A stretch of DNA of 64,000 nucleotides from a virus: IMG/VR virus record IMGVR_UViG_3300022552_000002, positions 1 through 64,000 of that record; one strand, given 5' to 3'. A program made the translations under genes and the position numbers. Shown here one piece after another: positions 19,991 through 30,488 of this stretch; positions within the stretch are counted from its first letter, which is position 1; every line of letters starts with the position of its first letter. A model generated the notes under the pieces. It was not told where the DNA came from. It did not search any database and saw nothing but the letters and a program-made list of their open reading frames with translations.

Positions 19991-20126
19991 AAAGTTCCTA
20001 CAATTTCCACTTTTATCCACAGAATCTAAGGTAATTTTCTGTACTCACTATTCCGACTCCCCAAAAAATTCCACCCATATTTTTGAAATCTCAGCTTTTT
20101 CTGTATGAACAGAGTATATATAGATT

Positions 20127-20276
20127 GGGCGAGACAACGGCTTAACTTAACTAGCCTTGAGATTTGCTGTTGTCTGCCCTGGGTAGCACGGTGGCTGAAA
20201 TTTTTTGTGGACTCCAACAATGGTGCCCTCCATTAGAGTTCAACAATTTATGGAAGCGTGCCACACCGTGCTACCC
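20127..20276 (+). ncRNA. putative two-domain structured RNA / 5' leader
   Basis: stem 1 GGGC-G-AGACAACGGC/GCTGTTGTCT-GCCC; stem 2 closed by perfect 13-bp GGGTAGCACGGTG/CACCGTGCTACCC; starts 3 nt after GTATATATAG. Confidence 0.55.
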
Positions 20277-20296
20277 TTTACTTTAAGGAGCAAGGG

Positions 20297-23136
20297 ATGA
20301 CGAAGAAGACTACATCCACGAAGCGCATAGACTATTTATCTGATATTGGGCAGGCAATTGTTACTGGTATGCGAGCTGAGACCTTGGCAGCTATTGCCAA
20401 AGACAAAGGGCATCCTAGTTATTGTCTGACTGAGCTTTTTCGTCTAGCTAATATACCTCTGGATTTTCAAGTGCGTTGGTCCAGTGAACGTGCAATATTG
20501 GATGTCTTGATAAAGGCACGGGATTACGGATTTGTTGATAAGCATTGTGGAGGTCGCTGGGTATATACAGGTCCAGAAGTCAAAGCTGCTGAAAAAGCAC
20601 GGGATAAAAAGCGCACAGAAGTCAAGACTAAAATTGTTATATATTTTAAATCAAGGGGATTGGTCATTGATAGGGATTCAATTAATGTTGAGAGCTATGG
20701 AAAGAACAAAGGTAAGACAACAGTTATAGTGACTGTTCCCAAGGATTTGTGGATCAAGTGATATGTCAGATGATTGGGGTAATTGGGATAAACCATTTTC
20801 TATTGAGGATTTCAAAGAATATATAGAGGAGATAAAGAAAGCGCCTATTAAATCAGAGAGACATTTAATTCATGTTACTAAATGTCTTATCGATGTTTTT
20901 GAGAAGAGAGGGATATTACTTAATCTACAACATTGTCAATTAGTAGGTAGTCCTGAAGCAATTGCCTATGCTAAAGAACGAGTACAAATTGTTTTAAAGG
21001 AGAAGAAATAATGAGCATGTCAACACATGTTGTTGGATTCAAGCCACCGGATGAGAAGTGGAAGAAGATGAAGGATATTTGGGATGCTTGTAATGTTGCA
21101 GCAGTCCCAATACCAGATGAAGTAAATAAATTTTTTGGATATTCAATACCAGATAGTGCTGGTGTTGAAGCAGAAATAGAATATCGCGCATATGATGACG
21201 GTAACGGAAGAGATGGTTTTGAGGTAGATATTAAGAAACTTCCTGAAGATGTGACTATTATTAGATTCTGGAATTCTTGGTAGAATAATGGGTGACTACA
21301 CTCAATTAGTTCTTGAAGCGTCACTCGATCTATCCTCCATTCCAGAATTAGACTATATTACATTGCAAGCTATGGCATTGGGTAAAACAGAAGGTTTATT
21401 TCCATTACCCAATCATCCTTTATTTTCTAAATTCCGTTGGGAATATATGTTGCGGTGTACTTCATCATATTTTGAAGAGGAAACGAATACTACTTTAGTT
21501 GAGGATAGATTGTGTATCTGTTGTAGTCTGAAAAACTACAGAGGAGAAATTGAATCTTTCCTTAATTGGATAGCTCCCTTTATTAAGGATGTGGTGGGGT
21601 ATATTCGAGATGAATACGAATTGAGTTTAGATACTAAAAGATTGATTACTATTGAAGACGGAGTTCTTACTATTACTGGTATTTTACAAGAAGAATTTAG
21701 TAAAAGACATAGAGAAATTTATGGTGGGTGATGGATAAAGAAACAAGAGCTAGAATTCTTCTTAAATCTTTTCGCGAACAGGACAAAGGTTTGTTCGCTT
21801 TTGCTTTGTTTAAGGTGTTCAAAAAGATTATGAAAGAAAATTGTTATAATGATGGTTTTGTTGAATGGGAAACAGCTGCAAAATATGAGATTGAAGAGTT
21901 AGAAGAAAGAATACGAAAAGAAGCTGGGTTGGATTAAGAGGAAATTGGAAGTAATAATGGAAGTTGGAGTTAGCAAAGATGGTGTGGTGACTGTTCTACA
22001 TAAAGGATACGTTCACTGCTATGCTTCTTGTACTAACTGTGGAGCATTAGCTCCTAAAGATCAAGTGACAGGAACCGGACCCGGTGATGTGAAAATCGAG
22101 CATTACGTTTGTTCTGATTGTGTTAGAAAATTTCCATCAGTATTCGATATTATTTCCAACGGAGATTGCAGAGGGAATTTTCTAGAAGGCTCAGAAGTTT
22201 GCGAGGTGAAGTGTCTAATGAGACAAGAGTGTGTTTATTTGACTGTTCATTCAAATGCACCGAGGGATTGATGAATCTTTGTCTTGCTCATGGTCCGTAT
22301 GCGGGTGGTCAATGTTTAAGATGTAGTGATGGAGATAATATGTCTAAGATACCACAGTTCGATAAGCACGTTCGTCAAATGCTCGATATGGTTAAGTCTC
22401 CTGAAGCGAAGGCACGTATTCAGGAGTTAGCACCACAGATTGAAGAAGAACTTTCAAAATTAGAATCGTATGTGCCTGTTGAGGTACAGGTTGCAGAGAT
22501 TCTTCATGAAGCTTTCTGTAATGCGAATCATATAGATGGTTGTAGTTGGGAATATGAGAAGTGGGAAGATGCTTATCACATGCATAATGAAAATGAGATG
22601 CGTGTATCAAAGTCGATGAGCGCGAAGGCTGGATATCTTCGTCGTGCGATGGCGATGTTAGGCAAGCTCAGGTTTGGAACATTCCCTCGAGAAACAACTG
22701 AAAAAGATATAACTGTTTTTGATTTGAAAATAATGAGCGACAGAGCAATTGTTGAACTTGTGAAGGTTGTGTTGGGGGTAGAGGAAAGATGATTGTTAAA
22801 AATGATAAACGTTTAGCTGTTGTTTCTTCATTGAGTGAAGATGGTTCTTCTCGTGAACATACATTGCAATGGGAACCAGTGAATCCATCTGGCCTGTTTA
22901 AATCTGAACACATCGTTTCTTTAAATGATGATGAAGCTAGTGAATTAGCTGGTCTCATTAAATGTGTAGTAGGTGAAGATTTATCTATGGCACATGCTTA
23001 TCAAGATGGACGCAATAGCACATTGATAGATGTGATGAGCGCAATCAAAGAGAAATTTCCACGTTATTCAAGTGACGTTAGACCAAGTGTTGAAATTGAT
23101 GAAAATGGTAATCCACACAATCCACAGGAGAAATAA
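20297..23136 (+). other. hypothetical CDS 20297-20761, 20763-21011, 21011-21283, 21288-21731, 21728-21937, 21945-22271, 22271-22792, 22789-23136
   Basis: co-oriented ORFs with coupled stop/start codons and RBSs. Confidence 0.7.
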
Positions 23137-23216
23137 TGGGAACCTGGGCTATTTTTCTTTTGGTTGTCTTGGTTGATTCCATTGGGACAGCCGTTGCCTT
23201 GAGGATAATGAGATGA
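23136..23216 (+). CDS. 26-aa single-TM microprotein, not in ORF track
   Basis: MGTWAIFLLVVLVDSIGTAVALRIMR; AGGAG RBS, TAATG and ATGA coupling. Confidence 0.6.
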   Translation: MGTWAIFLLVVLVDSIGTAVALRIMR

Positions 23217-23599
23217 GAAAGCGTAAACCCCTCCCAAAAATCAATTCCTGTACTTGTGGCAAAAGTCTTTACGAAGAAGACGTTGTTCTGATACCAATCG
23301 GTTTGGTTTCTGTTCAATGTTGGAATTGCGTAAAGACAGGACCATCGAGAAAAATTGCGCGTAACGCGATCAATGCGTGGAATAAATTAGCGATGAAGTT
23401 GAATTGGAAAAGAAAAGGGTTTGGACGCTATATCTATCACGAATTTGAAGTTGGTGTTTTAATTGAATACGGAAACAGTCCGTCTTACGAACCAGGTTGG
23501 CACTTCTGGCGAACCAATCAATTAGGACCACCAGCTCTTGGTCCCTTCAAAACTTTGAAAGAAGCCAAAGCAGCTGTGACTAGTCATACTAAGTGGTAA
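23213..23599 (+). CDS. Lar-like (restriction alleviation) zinc-finger protein
   Basis: CTCG...VQCWNC..TGP...AINAWN pattern. Confidence 0.5.
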   Translation: MRKRKPLPKINSCTCGKSLYEEDVVLIPIGLVSVQCWNCVKTGPSRKIARNAINAWNKLAMKLNWKRKGFGRYIYHEFEVGVLIEYGNSPSYEPGWHFWRTNQLGPPALGPFKTLKEAKAAVTSHTKW

Positions 23600-25286
23600 A
23601 GAAATGACATTTTTTCCTGAACAAATAGTTGAAAACGATGAGTGGCAAAGCAAACACAAAGGTCACAAGATTGAAGAACAAGTTGATGAGTATCCTCTTG
23701 ATGAAGGTAAAGCAATAAAGAGAATGTGTTACTGGCGTTGTATAACGTGTGGTGCGCGCCATCTTTACAATATGGAAACAGTTGAAGTAAACAATAAGGG
23801 AGAAAAATAGATGAAGCAATTAGTGAAAGATTGCATAAGACAACATATGCTAGATTTAGAAGAAATTGTTTACCAACATGATGAACTTTCACTTACGTTA
23901 AAAAGGATACTTTGTTGTATGGTAGATGATATTGTTAATTTTGTATCGAATGCAATTCAAGAAAAATATGATCATGAAATTTCTAATTCTGAGTTGGATA
24001 AAGAATACCTTAAATACAAATGTATTATGGATGAAAAAGTTAAAGAGCTTATTTGTTATATGGTTCGTTTGCAGAAGGAGATCAAATGAGAGAATTTACT
24101 AGAGCTGAAGTTGCCTCTGGCGCTTGTTGGAGTTGGCAAGAGAGATCTAAGAAGTTAGTAGATCAACTTCAAAGATTGAAGGGGAGAAGCAAGTTTACTT
24201 TTTTTGATGTTGTGACTAATCTATCTATAGATAAAGATGAACACGATGTTGTTTATAGTAGGATGGTGAGAGTTTTCCTATTGACTGGTGAGGATGCAGC
24301 TGAATTCGATGAATGGTTGTTTGGTACTGATCAATTCATTGGAAAGGTTGGTGAGCATCAGTACCGAGAAATCATCTATACTTTGATTAGAAGTGGAATA
24401 TTTGAGAAACTTCTAGATGAGTTCAAGAAATGGAGAGAAGATGTTTAAGCACACACAAAAAGGCAACAAGCACATCATTGAGTATACAATTGAATGTAGC
24501 GCTTGTAAGGGAACAGGAATTTACTGTGGTTTTGCAGAAAAGGATGGTATTGGTGTTGTTTGTCATTCTTGTGATGGAGAAGGTGAGATAAAAACGACAG
24601 AAGAATTTACAGAGAGTAGATATTTCAAACGTAAAAATAGAAAAGGAATCAAACTTGTTCTTCAATATAACCCTGGAATGATTGTTGGAGTAAATGAAAA
24701 GCTTTCGTATGAAGATTGGGGTGGAATGAGTTATGAAGAGTGGAAGAAGAAAGGAAAGTTTCCACCCAAGTCTGAAATGAGAAAGTATATATGCCCTGCA
24801 TGGTGGTATCAGAATATAGACTATAAAAAGAAACCAGATTGGAATGAATGTGGATTTGGTGCTTTTTCTGATTGTAAACATTTCAAGAATAAAGCTGCGT
24901 GTTGGAAAAGATGGGACAAGGAGCAGAGGTGATGACTGATAGTGAACGACTTCTTTGGGCAAGTGTGTTTGCCAATGGAATCACCGCAACGAATGCCTAC
25001 AGTTGGAGAAGCGACAAAAAAGAAATGACAAGAAGAGCAGCTCAATTAGCCGATGAAGTTTTAGAAGCTGTAGAACAAGTATTGACCGATAATTTAGATT
25101 GGGAAGAATCAAAGATTCTTGGTCTTAAAAAATTTATGGAGGGCTAAGATGAGCACAAAGAAGGTTGCGAATCAGACTGTCTACATGTGCTGGATTAATG
25201 AAGAACCTTATCAAAAAGAGGTTCGAGCTAGAAAACAACAATCAATCAAAAGGATGGCGCTTCATCCTATGGTGATTGAAGACGAT

Positions 25287-25361
25287 GATGCAGAAGATAT
25301 TATTGAAAATGAATTCAGAGATGCAGAAGATATTATTGAAAATGAATTCAGAGATGCAGAA
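25287..25361 (+). repeat. in-frame 33-bp tandem duplication in CDS 25149-25601
   Basis: GATGCAGAAGATATTATTGAAAATGAATTCAGA x2 (DAEDIIENEFR). Confidence 0.95.
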
Positions 25362-27441
25362 TACAAAGATGAGCGTTTCAATTTCAGAGTTGTATTCTGT
25401 GATAATGGAAAGTGGCGTTATTCTTGTTTAGGTATAGATTCTATTAACGAATGTGATTGTGACTATTTTCACGAATGTGATTGTGATAATTACAGTGCTG
25501 GAGATACAATTAGAAAAGGAACAATTGATGAAGCATTGAAGTGGCTTCTCGATGGTGAGAAAAATATGGAGAAGCTTTTGTCATTGAAGGAAATGGGATG
25601 AGTAAGATATTAACAAAGGTTGAAGAGGAAGCACCCGGTTGCTTAGCTGGTATCGAGAATGAACGGCGTCGTCAGGAGAAGAATGAGAAGCAAGCAGAAA
25701 TTGATGCTTGTCTGCCTTCTTCAAGATTACGTGAAGACACCGAATATGTGGAGGAGTTGAACAATCTTGTTGTGAGATTGAATGTCAGAAGTCATCATTT
25801 GGTTGACAAGCTTACGCGCATTGTCGAATTGATTTCGCCTCTGAACGATAGTCCGATACTCGATGCCATCAAAGTCATCGCTTTCGAAAACCTGCCACTA
25901 CCAAGCGATCCTATAGCCACGGCTGAAGGTGAAATGTTGCAGGAGATTGATAAGCTACTCATGGATGCCGGTGTTTGGGTCGATAATCGTTTGGATTCAA
26001 TCAGACGCTTGATCGGATTCTACACGGCTTTAAAGAGTATCATGCGTGAAGAGGCGAATGATGTTTAGAGCCGGTGATATTGTTTATTATAAACCAACTG
26101 GCGAAAAATGGGTTTTAGCTTGTGATGAAGAACGTAGTCGTGTCATGTGGCTTGGTTGGCCAGGTGGTGTGGCTCATGCTTCAGATTGTCAATTAGTTGA
26201 AGCTGCGTCAGAAGATGAAAGATTGAAAACGTTGCGTGAAGTTTCAGATATTAATAAGTTGTCTGATTTTCGTCGTATTATCGCACAACGTCAACTTGCG
26301 CGTATTGAGGAGAAGTAATGAAACCAAAAATGACATGTGAATTTACCAAGGTTGTAGATATTGCATTTAGTGGATATCGTTTACCAGAAGATAAACATAC
26401 AATGCGTGTACCTCGTGATGAAGGAATGCTTGAAAAAATTTATGACTTTATGAAAGAACACAATATTTATCCTGCTACTCGAGGTGGAGCAAGCGGTGGT
26501 GGTATTTACATTCATTCGTTCTTTGAAGATGATGCAATGAAGATTGTTGATTTTCTTGATAGTCAAGGAGTTAGATGTACCGAGATTGTGAAGGGACAGT
26601 AATGAACAGAGATAAATTACTTGATGAATGTCGAGCAGGGAATAGATGCTTTTGGGTTTGTTTTGATTTGGGCAATCCTGCATATCTTTGGTGGTATCCG
26701 ACTCGAGAAGAAGCCAGAGAACGATACAATAAACACAAAGCAAATCCTGATTTGGCACAACTCTCTTCACCTGTTAAATGTAAAGTGAGGAGAAGAAGAT
26801 GAGTAATTTGTTTAGTGAACTTTCGAAAGAGATTCAACGAAACAAAGAGTTATTGAAAGTATATGAAGATATCGGTCCAGCTGGTGCTTTTGGAGCTATG
26901 TTTATACGTCAAGAAATCAATAATGGTGAACAAGCAATGGAAACTGGTGAAGCAACTGCTATGGTGGTAGCGTTAGCTAAATTAAGGGAGAGTGAGTAAT
27001 GCCTGAAAACATCAAAGACATTAAAGCTATTCAAAGTGAGTGGAAAAAAGCTGAAGAGAAATGCAAAGATTTACGAAATCTAGAAGATGAAGCTTTTCAA
27101 AAAAGTCTTCCTGAATTGAAAGGAAGTTTTGATGATGCTAAAGAAGTAGGAGATGTAGGTATTTGGAATGATTTTTTACCTGATGGTTTAGATGATACTG
27201 AAATACATCTTGTCGATAGTGCAGGACAGGCAATGGACATTCGTGTTGGTCCTGTGTTCGGTCAAGAAGGAATCCATAAAGAGCCGGGCATTTGGATAGG
27301 AATTCAACGTAGATATTTATCATCAGGACGAAATGTGGAATTTCTGATTAGTCCTGAGATATGGAAGATATTATCAGAAGAAGTTAATGCACGCATTGAT
27401 GATTATAGTAAAGAAAGATATTCAATAAAGAAGGAGAAGTG

Positions 27442-27756
27442 ATGCACGACATTAGATAGCCATGGGCATTCGAAGAGTCAGGTAAGAATCGATACCAAGG
27501 TAAACTTCATGGTCAAGCTCATTTCAATTCAGGCTATTGGGCTAAGCAGATGCGTAGCCTTTCAAATTTAAATCTTGTATTCTGTGAAGAACTTGAGAAG
27601 TTGATGAGAAAACACGGTGTTGGTTCTGTGAATGTCATCAGAGATGAAACAACATTTGAAATGAGTAAAGATGAAACTAGAAAATTAGCTGAAGAACATG
27701 GTGCAATGTCAGAAGGCGATAGAGAAAGGATGTTTAAGCAAGATGATAACAGATAA
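27442..27756 (+). pseudogene. gene with an in-frame TAG at codon 6
   Basis: AAGGAG RBS and TGATG-coupled ATG at 27442; TAG at 27457; frame continues open into ORF 27550. Confidence 0.5.
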
Positions 27757-27913
27757 AGAATTTTTTCAATGGATACATGATCTTTTGATTAATCATGGAG
27801 AAGATAAAAATTCAGATTATATGTATAAATTGAGAGCTATCATAGAAGCGACTCCAGAAGAGCAAGTAACTCCGAATGTGGTTTTGATTGAACCAGCATA
27901 GTAAGAAAAAGCA

Positions 27914-28117
27914 ATGACTATAGATTGGGATAAAAGAGCAAAGGTTTATGAGGAACTGAAGCGCATAGTTATGGAGAATAATCTTACAATTTGGATAGCA
28001 ACTCAAGCTCCACCTTCTGGTTTAGGTAATAGAAGATTTTTCATTCCATTTTCTGAACCAGAATTGTTAATTATTGATTATCCAGATATCATGAGTCCAT
28101 CAAAGAAGGAGAAGTGA
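27914..28117 (+). CDS. 67-aa protein made of DnaB-like motif fragments
   Basis: YEELKRIVMENNLTIWIATQ and PELLIIDYPDIM. Confidence 0.5.
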   Translation: MTIDWDKRAKVYEELKRIVMENNLTIWIATQAPPSGLGNRRFFIPFSEPELLIIDYPDIMSPSKKEK

Positions 28118-29846
28118 TGCCTAAATCATATTACACGAATTACAAAGAATCCTTTCCAGATCAAGATACTAAGAATGAAGAACTTCATAAACAACATCCA
28201 TGTAAGATAGCTCGCGATTGTATGGAACGAGTCACAATAGGAGAAATGTTTGATCGTTTTCTTGAAGCATATGAAAAAGGTGGAGAAGACGCAGCTGTTG
28301 ATGCGATTGATGAAGATTTTCTTTTTGGTGCTTGGGGCCATGTAATGAAAGAAGTTGTAGAATACACTTTTACTAAAGATTTAAGAGGCATCATTGTTGA
28401 GGGATTAAAGAGGATATGTAAATTGAAAAATAATCAAAAAGAAAAAGAAGCATTTACTAAAGTTGCTTTGGGTGGTTTAGGTATTGCAGGAGAAACAGAT
28501 CGAGAACGTGCAGAGAGAATAGAAGCAGAATATGAAAGAAGGCACAATGCTCATAGGCGTCAGATGTATCAACGAAGAATATCAAACAAACCTGTGTTGA
28601 ATGGAATCGCATGTCCAAAATGTGGTAAGGAAATGATGGATAGCAATCCATCCATTTCTCTCTCTAGTAATCCACCACAAAAGAACATCCATTGTCCTAA
28701 GTGCAACTACAAGGACTTCAGAGTTAAGTGATGTCAGCTAAACCATTTACAAAAGAAGAGTGGCAGGAAATGATGAGTATGACTCTTCATGGTCCATTGC
28801 CACAAAAGACATTATATAGAGTGTATGCAACTGTAGATGCATTGATGTTGCAAAAAGAAGAATTAGAAAAGTTGTTGAGAAAATATGCTTTCAGTATTGG
28901 TCTTGATTCTGGTTTGGGAGCAAGTTGTATTGAATGTGGTTCTCCACCACATGAGTCACATCATCATGGATGTAAAGTAGAAGAGCTTCTTGGTAAAGAT
29001 GATGGCAGTAAACATTGGAAGACATCAGATCAATTTGTTAAGCGTGGAAAAAAAGGTTGCCCTGGTTGTGGATACACATTCAAGGGCCATCAATGTCCAA
29101 GATGTGGAGGTGAGTAATGACTGACAGTAGTGGATGGGAAAAGTTTTGGATGGTTTATCGTGTAGACAATGTGGAAGGTTATGACCACCATAACTACAAG
29201 CCATCCGTACAGCACACTTCTTTGGAAGCTGCGAAGGAAGAAGCTGAAAGGCTTTGTAAACGAACTAGAGGAATTTATGTAATTTTGGAAGCAACAGAAC
29301 TTTGTCAATTGAAGAATTTAGAATGGCATAAGTTTCCTAAATCTAAACCGCCGAAGTCAAAAAGCAGAGGTTTTGCAGATCCTAGAACTAGAAAGAAAGG
29401 AAATAGTTAATGGCCAGGTTGGTTAAGAACAAGAATCGTGAATTTGTTTATTTGGATGGTAAACCGTATAAGCGTGAACATAGACTTATGTGCATACACT
29501 GTAGTAAAATTCATAAAATTGAAGATATTTTGAGAACTAGAGCCAAAGGAGCTATTGGTAGATGTCCAAATTGTAAATCTACTTTAAGGAAACTTTTGCC
29601 ACCTTTGCCTATTGAATATTTTTTGGGTGCATAGGAGCAAGTGATGAAAGAACGTAAAAGAAAATGTTGTAAAGAGTTTATAGATTACATGAAAAAAATT
29701 GATAAACTAGGTGGTGTTTTTTCTGGTGGCGAAGGCTTAGGTAGAATTAGCGTTACTGTATTTTATGAAAGTATAGAAATTGATAATGGTTGGGATTTCA
29801 TTCCGACATTGTATTTTAGATTTTGTCCTTTCTGTGGCAAAAAACA

Positions 29847-30459
29847 ATGAAAACATATCCAGAAATTTCTCGAGTGATTCGTAAGGGTCTGTCGTGTTAT
29901 GTTTTTGATAAGATTGATGGTAGTCAGATTCGCGCGGAGTGGTCAAGGAAGCAGGGGTTTTATAAGTTTGGTACACGGAAGAGATTGTTAGGTGAAGACG
30001 ATCCATTACTAGGTGAAGCTAGAAATTTGTTTATGTTGAAGTATGAAGATACTTTGGCTGCAATATTTAGGATGAATAGATGGGATAGGGCAATCGCTTT
30101 TTGCGAGTTTCATGGAGAGAATTCTTTCGCTGGTCTTCATGAAGACGAAGAACACACAGTGACTCTCTTTGATGTTGCATATCAGAAGAAAGGAATATTG
30201 AGTCCTCGAGATTACTTGAAGTTGTTTGGTCATCTTGATATAGCAAAGTTATTGCATCGTGGAAATGTGAACGCTGAATTTATCGCAACAGTAGAGAATG
30301 GAACTCTCCCATTTATGACGTTCGAAGGTGTGTTGTAAAAGCACCGAGTTTGTTTCTCCTGGTAGACCCTTGATGTTCAAAGTGAAAAGCCATGCGTGGA
30401 TCACGAAACTCAGGGAAGTCTATAAGGGAGACGAAGAAAAGATTCAAGAATTACTGTAG
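29847..30459 (+). pseudogene. RNA ligase-like nucleotidyltransferase, frameshifted between motifs IV and V
   Basis: DKIDGS (motif I), CEFHG, LFDV, FEGV then TAA ending 30338; shifted frame 30334-30459 gives CKS...MFKVKSHAW. Confidence 0.7.
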
Positions 30460-30488
30460 TGTAGTATATACAAACAAAGGAGACAGAT

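Larger units (their letters stand above)
23604..29850 (+). other. about 20 small hypothetical CDS, many Cys/Zn-ribbon-containing (incl. DnaJ-like CxxCxGxG protein 24441-24932)
   Basis: tightly packed plus-strand ORFs with RBSs and overlapping stop/start codons. Confidence 0.7.

Noticed and set aside
20258-20296. GTG start of ORF 20258
   Set aside because: Lies inside the RNA stem; AAGGAG supports ATG 20297.
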